The notes beneath the pieces are model-generated. The model saw only the letters and a list, made by a program, of their open reading frames with translations, was not told the origin of the DNA and did not search any database. From positions 1 to 38,494 of IMG/VR virus record IMGVR_UViG_3300028588_000051: a stretch of DNA of 38,494 bases; one strand, written 5' to 3'. The translations under genes and the position numbers were made by a program. Of the stretch, positions 25,425 to 33,540 are shown piece after piece (position 1 is the first letter of the stretch; each line of letters opens with the position of its first letter). The DNA is from a virus. Taxonomy: Duplodnaviria; Caudoviricetes.

Positions 25425-27089
25425 ATGGCTGCTAACGACCGCGCTCTCACCGTCGACCTGACCACGAAGCTGCCCCCTTCGTCGGTCCTTTCCGTGTGGG
25501 ATGCTCGCTGGTCCGGTGGCACCGGTGGAAGTGGTGGCGGCTCGAACCTGTCACGAGCGACCAAGCGACTCCAGTCGGGGGAGTCCGTCAAATTCTCCGT
25601 CATCGGTGACTCCATCGCCGACCCCTCTACCGAAGGTAACAGCGCCGGCGGCCCGGTCGAGAAGGCCGCGGCGCTCTTGTCCAGCCGTTTCGGCGTGACG
25701 GTGAGTGTGGGCAACCACGCCAAGTCCGGTTACACCGCGGCTCGCGCCTACATCACCGGTGAAGTCACTGGGGCGATCAACGAGCAAGCCGACGTGCTGT
25801 TCATCTTCCTCGGAAAGAACGACATCGGCAGCGACATCGGCGGGCAGTACGCCCCCGGGTACCCCCTCACGGCCTCCATCGCTTCCGTCGAACGGATGCT
25901 CGCTGCAGCCCGGCGTGACAACGACAAGGCTGACCTTGTTGTCATCGGCGAAGGGCCTTACACGGCCGGCTCGTCTTCGAACGCGGCTTTGCAGACTTGG
26001 CAGAACGCAGCCCGACGCGTTGCCGCTGCATGGGGCGCCGAGTTCATCGACGTCTACAAGGCCTTCGTCGACTACGGAGACTACTCCGGCCTCATGTTCG
26101 ACAGCACCCACCAGAACTCGGCGGGCAACGATCTTTACGCCTCCACCATTGCCGCGCGATTCCCCGCGTCGTTCAGCGGGGCCGCAGTCGCCCCAGCCCC
26201 CTTCGGGCGTGGTATCTACGACGTGTCGCGAGTCAGCTTGATCCCAGCCCTGAACTACGGATACGCGGTCAACGCAGGTGCTTCGGGGGTAACCGCGCAG
26301 GGGCTCACGATCACTGAATCGGGAACGGGTTGGGCGTCCCAAGCAACGTCGAACACCGGCGACTACCTGCAGGTAACCGGGCCAGCGCTCGAGTTTCTTC
26401 TGCAAGTGTCCACCGCAGCAGCGGACGCCGCCGTCGTGGACGTCAGCATCGACGGCACGACCACCCAAACGAACCTGAATCTTTCCACGCAAGGCAAACA
26501 GGGGACGTACATCGTTGCGTTTGCTCTGGGCCTGAGCGTCGGAGTCCACACGATCCGCCTCACCCTGAAGTCCGGCACCCTGCGCCGGTACGCCATGGCC
26601 GCGCTCACCCCAGGAACGACCGCCTTCATCCCCGAAACGCAGGTCATCGACTTCGGCAACAGCGGCACGACGGTCACGGTCACCCCCGTGGGGGACCCTA
26701 CTCATGGCGTCTCTACACCGGGCCCCTACGCCTCCCTCGTGAACGGCGCGCTCCAGATGCCCGACGGGTGGAAAGGCATGTCGGTCGAGTTCCAAGGCTT
26801 CGCCTCGCTCCGAGTGACCGGTGCGACAACGGCGACGACAACGCCCCGCCTGGTCCAGGTGCAGGCTCAGCTTGGGTCGACGGTCATCGCGGCCCCGCAG
26901 TACACGTTCCAGCCGACCTCGGCCGACACGTACTTCCCGCTGTTCATCACCCAGACCCTTGCGATCACGGCTACAAACAGCCAGGGCATGCTCTTCCGAG
27001 TCCGCACCCTGTCGACCGATAAGACTCAGGTGCTCGTCGCAGGTGCTCCGGCCTGGTCTTTCAAGGCAATCCTCACCCGAACGGCTTAG
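25425..27089 (+). CDS. SGNH/GDSL esterase-domain protein, probably virion-associated
   Basis: Blocks IGDSI, AKSG, GKND and DSTH, followed by beta-rich domains; leaderless TAGGAT-N6-ATG. Confidence 0.85.
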   Translation: MAANDRALTVDLTTKLPPSSVLSVWDARWSGGTGGSGGGSNLSRATKRLQSGESVKFSVIGDSIADPSTEGNSAGGPVEKAAALLSSRFGVTVSVGNHAKSGYTAARAYITGEVTGAINEQADVLFIFLGKNDIGSDIGGQYAPGYPLTASIASVERMLAAARRDNDKADLVVIGEGPYTAGSSSNAALQTWQNAARRVAAAWGAEFIDVYKAFVDYGDYSGLMFDSTHQNSAGNDLYASTIAARFPASFSGAAVAPAPFGRGIYDVSRVSLIPALNYGYAVNAGASGVTAQGLTITESGTGWASQATSNTGDYLQVTGPALEFLLQVSTAAADAAVVDVSIDGTTTQTNLNLSTQGKQGTYIVAFALGLSVGVHTIRLTLKSGTLRRYAMAALTPGTTAFIPETQVIDFGNSGTTVTVTPVGDPTHGVSTPGPYASLVNGALQMPDGWKGMSVEFQGFASLRVTGATTATTTPRLVQVQAQLGSTVIAAPQYTFQPTSADTYFPLFITQTLAITATNSQGMLFRVRTLSTDKTQVLVAGAPAWSFKAILTRTA

Positions 27090-27898
27090 AACGGCGGCGG
27101 CGCATCGGCCGAGCGGGGCACGTAGATCCTTACGGCGCCCCGTTCGTCGCGTGTGCCGCCGATGAGCTCGAGGCCTTCCGGCGTCATTGCGTGAATCTCG
27201 GCAAGCGCTCCGGTGCGCTCGCGCGTAGCTGGCTGTGGCTGTGTCGTCGCCTGCGGGGCTTTCTGGCCGACCGTGGCAAACGGTAGCGGCTTCGGCTCCT
27301 GGTCCGTCACAGCGGCGCTGAGCGGCTGCTGGCGTTCCGGGGTGACCCAGTTGCCCGAGGTGGGTGGCGTGTTCATGTAGTGCCACAGCGCTTGGGCGAT
27401 CGCCATCGAGTCCCACGCCGCGCCCTTGAGGTCATGGTTACAGCGAGAGCAGAGGAGCCCCAACACCGCACCCGTCTTGTGATCGTGGTCGACGGCGAGT
27501 CGCTTCGACTTCGGACGCGCGCGACAGATGGCGCACTTCCCGTCCTGCAGCGTGAGGAGCTGCTCGTACTGATCGGCCGTCAAGCCGTACGTCTTCTCGA
27601 CCGATGCGGCGTGCGATTTGGCAGAAGCGCAGGCGCGGCAGGTGGTCGCCCCCTTGCCGAAGTCCGCGTCGTCACGGAATGTCTGACATGCCGCGCACCA
27701 GGCGGTGCCGACGGGCGCTGCGGCCTGCGTCGCCTTCGTGCGCTTCAGCCTCAGCGCCTCGGGCACCATCGCCAGGCGGCGGCGCGACTCGGCGACCTGC
27801 TCACCGATCGGCGCATGACGAAGGGCGCACACCCGACACCGCTGGCGGGGCAGGTCTTTCGGCCTGATCCCACACTCGCGGCACGGTTGTGCGCCCAT
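27086..27898 (-). CDS. Endonuclease VII-like Holliday junction resolvase
   Basis: YGLTADQYEQLLTLQDGKCAIC...LAVDHDHKTGAVLGLLCSRCN; additional N-terminal CxxC pairs. Confidence 0.92.
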   Translation of the reverse strand: MGAQPCRECGIRPKDLPRQRCRVCALRHAPIGEQVAESRRRLAMVPEALRLKRTKATQAAAPVGTAWCAACQTFRDDADFGKGATTCRACASAKSHAASVEKTYGLTADQYEQLLTLQDGKCAICRARPKSKRLAVDHDHKTGAVLGLLCSRCNHDLKGAAWDSMAIAQALWHYMNTPPTSGNWVTPERQQPLSAAVTDQEPKPLPFATVGQKAPQATTQPQPATRERTGALAEIHAMTPEGLELIGGTRDERGAVRIYVPRSADAPPPF

Positions 27899-27901
27899 CG
27901 G

Positions 27902-28015
27902 TTAGCTAGCCGCCTGGATGATGATCCAGATGACGTTCGTGATAAGGCACCCGATCGAGAAGCCGACACTGATTCCCGAGGCGTATTGGCTCGGGCCCTT
28001 GCGCGACGAGCTCAC
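27902..28015 (-). CDS. 37-aa membrane microprotein (not in ORF track)
   Basis: GTGA overlap; MSSSRKGPSQYASGISVGFSIGCLITNVIWIIIQAAS. Confidence 0.55.
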   Translation of the reverse strand: MSSSRKGPSQYASGISVGFSIGCLITNVIWIIIQAAS

Positions 28016-28557
28016 GACTTCGCCTTCTTCGTCTTGGCCTTGGCGGCGGCGAACGCGTCGGACTTGCGCTCCGCGTTGGCGGCCTCGGCGAAGTCTGCAT
28101 CGAGCACCTCCGCGGAATCGTGACCGATGAACGTCGCGTGCTCCGCCCAGACCTTGACCTCTTCTCCCTCGTGACCGATGACGGTTAGAAAAGTCCCGCC
28201 CTGGTCGATGCCGACGCTTTCGACGTGGTACTCGCCAGCGCGTCCCGGCGGCAAGATCACGACGTCGCCCATGCGCCAGTCGCGCTCGACAGGATCGGGG
28301 GCGCGCTCCGGCTTCGCGTCATCGCCGATCACCTGGTCGCTTGCGACGTCGGGCAATACGCCGAACTTCTGCATGAGGGCGATTTCTTCAATTTTGCTTT
28401 TGCTCGCTGCCGATGCGACGAGTTGCGCGACGGACTCAGCGAGGGCGACGGTCGCCAGGGCGTGAATGCGGGCGACGTCGCGGTCGGCCTTGGTGCCGCC
28501 GGTAATGTGCGCCGTGCCGTCGAGGGTTTGACGCATCGCGTCGAAGTCGTAGGTCAC
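28012..28557 (-). CDS. Hypothetical protein
   Basis: 181 aa, coupled overlaps at both ends. Confidence 0.75.
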   Translation of the reverse strand: MTYDFDAMRQTLDGTAHITGGTKADRDVARIHALATVALAESVAQLVASAASKSKIEEIALMQKFGVLPDVASDQVIGDDAKPERAPDPVERDWRMGDVVILPPGRAGEYHVESVGIDQGGTFLTVIGHEGEEVKVWAEHATFIGHDSAEVLDADFAEAANAERKSDAFAAAKAKTKKAKS

Positions 28558-28703
28558 TTCGAGTCACCGCCCGTGAGGTACGCCTCGAGGTCTTTGGCCA
28601 AGGCGACGAGGCCTTCGTTGGTAACGTCTCGGCCGTTGTTGGTTTCAGCAATTGCAATGGCGACCGCCTGGTTGAGCGCTTCGCACTTGATGTCGAGATC
28701 CAT
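28554..28703 (-). CDS. 49-aa hypothetical protein (not in ORF track)
   Basis: AAAGGA RBS; MDLDIKCEALNQAVAIA...ALAKDLEAYLTGGDSK. Confidence 0.7.
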   Translation of the reverse strand: MDLDIKCEALNQAVAIAIAETNNGRDVTNEGLVALAKDLEAYLTGGDSK

Positions 28704-28734
28704 GATGCTTGTCCTTTGCTTGAGGTGAAGAGGG

Positions 28735-28783
28735 GCGGGGCGGCCAGTAGAGGTTCGGGTCAGCTACCGACCGCCCCGCGAGG
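28735..28783 (-). terminator. GC hairpin after the putative SSB gene
   Basis: Minus strand: cctcgcggggcggtcg-gtagctgacccgaacctcta-ctggccgccccgc. Confidence 0.6.
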
Positions 28784-28785
28784 GG

Positions 28786-29268
28786 TTACTGCTTGAAGGG
28801 GTCGTACTTCTCGACGCTCTCGAGGTAGGCGCGTGCGGCGTCGGCATCCTGCTCGCTGACGTCTTCGAGTTGCCACGCAAGGGTGCCGTACTTCGGGTCC
28901 TTAGCCTTCGTCAGGCGACCCAGCACCTTGCGCTCCCCGACAAAGCCGCGGAGCGACCCCTGCAGGTATCGAGGGAAGACCCACGCGTCGAGGTGGAGCT
29001 CGGACTCGGCCGGCTTCTTCTCGTTGATCTCGACGATGTCAGCGACGATGTGGTCTTCGCTCTTGGTTTTGTCGCTGTACGACGGGTGCTGGCCGATGCT
29101 CTTCGGGGTGAAAAGGAACAGCTTGCCGACGTTGTCGTCGGAGCTGATCTTCCAACCGTCGCCACCGCCGGTGCCTTCGCTCGGCTGAGCAAAGCCGCTG
29201 TCGCCGCCTTTCTTGGCCTTCTTCTCGGCCTTGTCGCCGTCGTTCTTCTTGCTCTTGTCCTTGGCCAT
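28786..29268 (-). CDS. Putative ssDNA-binding/recombination protein
   Basis: 160 aa, beta-rich, directly downstream of the exonuclease, Lys-rich N-terminus. The ORF is solid; function is inferred from synteny. Confidence 0.55.
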   Translation of the reverse strand: MAKDKSKKNDGDKAEKKAKKGGDSGFAQPSEGTGGGDGWKISSDDNVGKLFLFTPKSIGQHPSYSDKTKSEDHIVADIVEINEKKPAESELHLDAWVFPRYLQGSLRGFVGERKVLGRLTKAKDPKYGTLAWQLEDVSEQDADAARAYLESVEKYDPFKQ

Positions 29269-29337
29269 GATGCGTTTCCGTTTCTCGTTTGCGTTTCTCG
29301 GTTGCCCGTCGCAGGTAGCGGCGGGAGTCTGTGGGGG

Positions 29338-31155
29338 TTACTCGGCGGCAGCGTTGAAGGCTGCAACCGCGGCGGGGTCGGCGAGGTCGACCGACTTGTC
29401 GATGGCTTTCTTGCCGGTGTTGCGGAACGCGCGGCCCTCGCCGGTGATGCGGTTGCCGAGGCGACCAGCCACGAGGTCGACCGCGTAGATGTGACACGTG
29501 CCGGTGCCTTGCGGCAGGTGGATCACGACGCCCTTCGTGCGCGACAGCTTGAGGTCCTCGCGCTCGTCGGGGCGCTCCGGGTCGTAGCCCTGCATGCCCG
29601 CGTAGTTCTCGAGCTGCAGTGACAGGCTAATGCCGTAGTCGATCGAGCCCGTCTTGATGTCGCTGACGACCCGCACGGCGCGCTTCATGCCGGGGAACTT
29701 CACAAGGCTGATGCGGTCGAGGCGGCCGGCGACCTTGCGCTCGTCGTCGACCACGAACTTCTCGAACTCGACGTGCTTGATGCCCGACGCCTCGATCGCG
29801 CGACCGTACGCCTCGATGTCCGCGAGGTCGGCCGGCGTGATCTTGCCCTCGGTGAGCAGCTCGGCCACGGCGTCGATGCCCTCCTTGTCGTAGAGCTCGG
29901 CGAGGGCGTGCAACTCGGTGCCCTTGTTCGCCGCCTCCTTCGACCCGCCCAGCTCCTCGAGCTCGACGATGAGGCCATTGACGCCATCCTTGAACGCCTT
30001 CTCCGCGGCGGCGACCAGCGTCGCCAATTCACCGACGGCAAGCTTGCCCTTGCGGTCATTCTTCCGTGCCTTGGCGATCGAGACGTCGCGGTTGTGCATG
30101 AGATCGCGGATCGTGCCGAGGCGGTCGACGATCTCCCCGTCCTCGCCGGGAGTCTGGTCGAGGATGACGCCCTCGAGCAGCTTGCGCTTCGACCACTTCT
30201 CGAGGTTCGTCTTGTCCTCGATGAGCTTGATGTAGGTCGTGACGCGGGTGTAACCCTTGAGCTTGCCGTCGGCGCCCTGCACCTTGTACTGACCGAGCCC
30301 GTTGAGCTCGACCTCGGGCTTTGCGTCGCTCGGCGCGGCGAACGGAGTGGAAGTCGGCTTGCCGAAAAGACCAGGTTCAGCCGGGACGTCGAAATCCTGG
30401 CCATTCACGCTAAGCGTTGCCGGTAGGAGGGGTGTCGTGCCGGCCTCGAAGACGCGGCCCTTCTCCGTCTCGACCTCTTCGACCACCTGATCGACAACGG
30501 CCTCGTCACCAGCCATCTTGAACGTAGCTTCGAGGGCGTCAAGACCAAGTGGCTTGTTCTCTGTTGCAAGGCTTTCAATGCGTCTGTCAAATCCGGCAAA
30601 GGCTGGATCGTTCGCGGCCCGTTCTTTGAGCTTGAGGGCCGCCGCGTCGCGCTCGGCGGTCGACGTGGCGTAGCTGCCGGTCGCCTTGCCGTACGTGTCG
30701 TTGTAGGCGGCGACGGCCTCGGTGTCGGAGCGGTCGAGCGCCTCGAGGGCGGCCGGGGCGTCGCGGCGCAGCCGCTTCGCGTTGACGCGCGCCTTGATCT
30801 CGGCGTCGGTGTCGTCGTCGCTGGGCTCGGTGACACCCAGCAGTGCGGCCTCGGCCTTCTTCTTCGCCGCGGTAGCCGCTGCGATGGCGCCCTTGCTCGA
30901 GCCCTTGGCGGTGAGGATCTTGTCGGCCTGTGCGATGATCTGCTCGGGCGTGAAGTCGGGCCCGTCTTCCCACTTCTGGATATTCTTTACTTCGAGCTCG
31001 ACGGGTGCGGGGCCCTTTTCGATGACGACCGGTTCGCCCTTCTTGCTCTTCTTCTTGCTGGTCTTCTTCGCGGCCTTGGCTTCGCGCTCGGCCAGCTCGG
31101 CGGCGAGGGCGGCCTCGCGTTCGGCGAGGCGGCGCTGCTCTTTCTTCTTGCCCAT
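29338..31155 (-). CDS. PD-(D/E)XK (Cas4/RecB-like) exonuclease with long N-terminal extension
   Basis: YTRVTT...NLEKW, GTELH, E...VAGRLDR, DIKTG and QLENY motifs; RBS GAAGGGA before ATG 31155. Confidence 0.88.
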   Translation of the reverse strand: MGKKKEQRRLAEREAALAAELAEREAKAAKKTSKKKSKKGEPVVIEKGPAPVELEVKNIQKWEDGPDFTPEQIIAQADKILTAKGSSKGAIAAATAAKKKAEAALLGVTEPSDDDTDAEIKARVNAKRLRRDAPAALEALDRSDTEAVAAYNDTYGKATGSYATSTAERDAAALKLKERAANDPAFAGFDRRIESLATENKPLGLDALEATFKMAGDEAVVDQVVEEVETEKGRVFEAGTTPLLPATLSVNGQDFDVPAEPGLFGKPTSTPFAAPSDAKPEVELNGLGQYKVQGADGKLKGYTRVTTYIKLIEDKTNLEKWSKRKLLEGVILDQTPGEDGEIVDRLGTIRDLMHNRDVSIAKARKNDRKGKLAVGELATLVAAAEKAFKDGVNGLIVELEELGGSKEAANKGTELHALAELYDKEGIDAVAELLTEGKITPADLADIEAYGRAIEASGIKHVEFEKFVVDDERKVAGRLDRISLVKFPGMKRAVRVVSDIKTGSIDYGISLSLQLENYAGMQGYDPERPDEREDLKLSRTKGVVIHLPQGTGTCHIYAVDLVAGRLGNRITGEGRAFRNTGKKAIDKSVDLADPAAVAAFNAAAE

Positions 31156-31189
31156 GGTGCGGTCCCTTCGGGGGTGAGTGTTGAACGTA

Positions 31190-31342
31190 TCAGCGACCAC
31201 CGACAACGGCGTGCGCCGCGTCGAAGGCGTAGATCGTGGAGGGGGTGGCGGCGTAGCCGATCGCGATGAGGCCGGCCGTCAGAACGACGATCGTCGCGCC
31301 TCGCGCAATGCTGCGCCGGCGGTACCAAGCTGCGGTGTGCAT
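31190..31342 (-). CDS. 50-aa membrane protein (not in ORF track)
   Basis: TGATG overlap; MHTAAWYRRRSIARGATIVVLTAGLIAIGYAA... Confidence 0.55.
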   Translation of the reverse strand: MHTAAWYRRRSIARGATIVVLTAGLIAIGYAATPSTIYAFDAAHAVVGGR

Positions 31343-31569
31343 CAGCGGACCAACAAGCCGGTGCGGTCGCGGTTGAGAGTTCCGACGTTGACCACGCGGT
31401 ACGGGTAGGCGGGCTGTTCCTGCTTGTTACGGTACTCGGCGTACTGGATCGCGTCCCAGTTGCTGTCGAAGACGGCCACGACGTCATAATCCGTGTCGCC
31501 GTTGAACGGGCGCTCGACGGCGTAAGCCAAAAGCTTGCACGCGTACTGGTGGGTTTCGTTGATGGCCAT
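31342..31569 (-). CDS. Hypothetical protein
   Basis: GAAAGG RBS before ATG 31569; VVAVFDSNWDAIQYAE. Confidence 0.75.
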   Translation of the reverse strand: MAINETHQYACKLLAYAVERPFNGDTDYDVVAVFDSNWDAIQYAEYRNKQEQPAYPYRVVNVGTLNRDRTGLLVR

Positions 31570-31609
31570 GTCTAGCCTTTCGTCGGCGGGCGTTTCACCC
31601 GATGCCATT

Positions 31610-31638
31610 ACGTTAGTGGCGCGTCACGCGGTTGTCAA
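31610..31638 (-). promoter_or_regulatory. Leftward sigma-A-like promoter with operator (31615-31628)
   Basis: TTGACA-N17-TAACGT with CGTGACGCGCCACT in the spacer. Confidence 0.8.
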
Positions 31639-31949
31639 CCCGTGACCCTACGAACAGCATCATTCCAGCGGGCTTCTTCTTCCGCATACTTGCCGGGCCC
31701 AAGCTTCGGAGGCTTGCCAAGCGAAGGGAGGCGGGGCGACTTGTACACCCAATCAGGATCATGCTTCGCTTCGAGCCAGGCTTCGAGTTTCGGGGTGGAT
31801 GGTCCAAAACTCGGAGCACCGGGTTCGTGCAGTGGGCGAAGAACGGGACGCTTTGGTGCTGGCTCGCGCTTCTTGACGTAGCCAAAGCCGCGGAACAGCG
31901 TGGCGCGCTCCTTGTCGGTCAGCGCTTCGATCTGCTCGTGGATGGTCAT
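31635..31949 (-). CDS. Hypothetical protein
   Basis: AGGAG RBS, 104 aa. Confidence 0.7.
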   Translation of the reverse strand: MTIHEQIEALTDKERATLFRGFGYVKKREPAPKRPVLRPLHEPGAPSFGPSTPKLEAWLEAKHDPDWVYKSPRLPSLGKPPKLGPGKYAEEEARWNDAVRRVTG

Positions 31950-31958
31950 GGTCTTCTC

Positions 31959-32540
31959 CTAAGGTCGCTTCTTCGTGTGCCAGTGGTTGACGTGCATCGC
32001 GGCGCCCGTCTTGGCGTCGTCGTGGTGTTGCTCGTGGAGGGTGGGGGCGTCGGCCACCGTGGCGTACTGGTCGCCCGTGACGCCGTGGAAGACCAGCAGG
32101 TGCGCGGCCACGGTCGACACGTCCACCGGTGGCACGTAGTAGCCGACGTTCTCGTCGGTCGCTTCGCCGACGAGGTGCGCGCCCATCACCTGATCGAGCA
32201 GCACTTCAGTCGAGTCGGTCGGCTTGTCGCTCCACGGGCTGCCCTGCGGCTTCGCGGGACGCTTCGTCGCCGATGCGTCGCCCGCTGGCAGGGCCGTCGC
32301 CCGAGGCTCGTCGGCTGCATGCTCTTCGGGCGTTGCCCAACGCTGCTGCTCGCCGGCGGGGCCCTCGAGCGCGACGAGGGCGACTTCACCTTTCGCCTTG
32401 ACCTCGCTCGAGAACGTGCCTCGGTCGCCCTTGACGGTGAGCTTGACGAGCTTGCCCTTGCGCTTGGCCTTGACGACCTCGTACGCGTTGCCGCGCAACT
32501 CGATGCGGTCGCCCTTGTCGAGATCCGCGTAGGTGGTCAT
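31959..32540 (-). CDS. Hypothetical protein (SH3/KOW-like N-terminus, His-rich C-terminus)
   Basis: ADLDKGDRIELRGNAYEV...; HLLVFHG...LHEQHH...HWH. Confidence 0.75.
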   Translation of the reverse strand: MTTYADLDKGDRIELRGNAYEVVKAKRKGKLVKLTVKGDRGTFSSEVKAKGEVALVALEGPAGEQQRWATPEEHAADEPRATALPAGDASATKRPAKPQGSPWSDKPTDSTEVLLDQVMGAHLVGEATDENVGYYVPPVDVSTVAAHLLVFHGVTGDQYATVADAPTLHEQHHDDAKTGAAMHVNHWHTKKRP

Positions 32541-32915
32541 CTACTTCGTCACCGCGCGGACGATCGCGATGCCGGCCCACACCGGGACCCAAAGGCCGAG
32601 CGTGACAAGCGACATGAGCAGGTGGAAGGTGTGGTTCATCGGTGCGCGCTGCGGCGGCACGACGAACGCCATGCGCGGCTGCGGTTCCGAGGCGGCGGGG
32701 CGCGGGCCGTTGTCCTGCAGGATCGACGACGCGACCCAGTTGACGCCGGTCCACCATCGCGTCGTGCCGTCACCGTACGGGTACCAGCCAGGTGCCGCCT
32801 GCGCCTCGGCGGGCGGCAGTGGCGCCGGCGTCGCGGCGTGACCGCTGATCGCCTCAGGCTTTGCAGCGGCGTCGCTGTAGGGGTGGTAGGCGGCGTTTGC
32901 CTTGTCGTCGGTCAT
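32541..32915 (-). CDS. DUF2510-like membrane protein
   Basis: APGWYPYGDGTTRWWTGVNW plus NHTFHLLMSLVTLGLWVPVW. Confidence 0.8.
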   Translation of the reverse strand: MTDDKANAAYHPYSDAAAKPEAISGHAATPAPLPPAEAQAAPGWYPYGDGTTRWWTGVNWVASSILQDNGPRPAASEPQPRMAFVVPPQRAPMNHTFHLLMSLVTLGLWVPVWAGIAIVRAVTK

Positions 32916-33133
32916 TTGAGGATCTTTCTTCTGAAGGCGATGGCGACCGCGTGCTCGTTGGACGCGGCCCGGAGTTTGGTGCGGGTGTGACCCATCACGG
33001 CCCAGACGGTCGCCTGAGTCGTGTGGATGCGGCGGGCGATCTCATCGGAGCGCAGCCCGTCCGCGTGGAGGGTGAGGACCAGCGACTCTTGCGGGGAGAG
33101 CGGCTGGTCGGCAAGGTAGCCGGTGCGAGGCAT
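32912..33133 (-). CDS. Stand-alone LuxR/GerE-type HTH protein
   Basis: PLSPQESLVLTLHADGLRSDEIARRI...TRTKLRAASNEHAVAIA. Confidence 0.88.
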   Translation of the reverse strand: MPRTGYLADQPLSPQESLVLTLHADGLRSDEIARRIHTTQATVWAVMGHTRTKLRAASNEHAVAIAFRRKILK

Positions 33134-33136
33134 CCG

Positions 33137-33328
33137 TTACCCGTTCGTCATCGCGTCGAGTGCGAAGCCGATGATCAGCGCAAAAAAGCTGAACGCGCCG
33201 ATCAGGTAGAACAGCACGGCAAGCTTCGGCCGGGGCCTTGTGCGCATCTCGAGCATGAAGCTCGCTGCGAAGAACGAGGCACCAAGGATGCCAACGATCA
33301 GCGCAAGCGGAGTCCAGAAGCTGGTCAC
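33137..33328 (-). CDS. 2-TM membrane protein
   Basis: GTGA overlap, AGGAG RBS, two hydrophobic helices. Confidence 0.7.
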   Translation of the reverse strand: MTSFWTPLALIVGILGASFFAASFMLEMRTRPRPKLAVLFYLIGAFSFFALIIGFALDAMTNG

Positions 33329-33540
33329 AGCGTGTCTCCTTGGTCGAGGTGGGTGACGATGGCGCGGACGAGGGTGGGCTGCAGCGTCGCCAGCCGCTTG
33401 CGCTCCCGCAAGGTGAGATCTGACCACGCCTCGCGGATGCCGTCACGCTTCGGGGGGCGGGCTGCGACAGGGCCGTCGCGGTGGTCGACCACGAACGGCA
33501 CCGGCTTTGCCGGGAAGTCGCCGCGGTGACGGCCGCTCAC
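33325..33540 (-). CDS. Hypothetical protein
   Basis: GTGA overlaps at both ends. Confidence 0.65.
   Translation of the reverse strand: MSGRHRGDFPAKPVPFVVDHRDGPVAARPPKRDGIREAWSDLTLRERKRLATLQPTLVRAIVTHLDQGDTL

Noticed and set aside
29338-31155. Cas4-like nuclease as a sign of CRISPR-Cas
   Set aside because: No repeat-spacer array or other cas genes; stand-alone phage exonucleases of this type are common.
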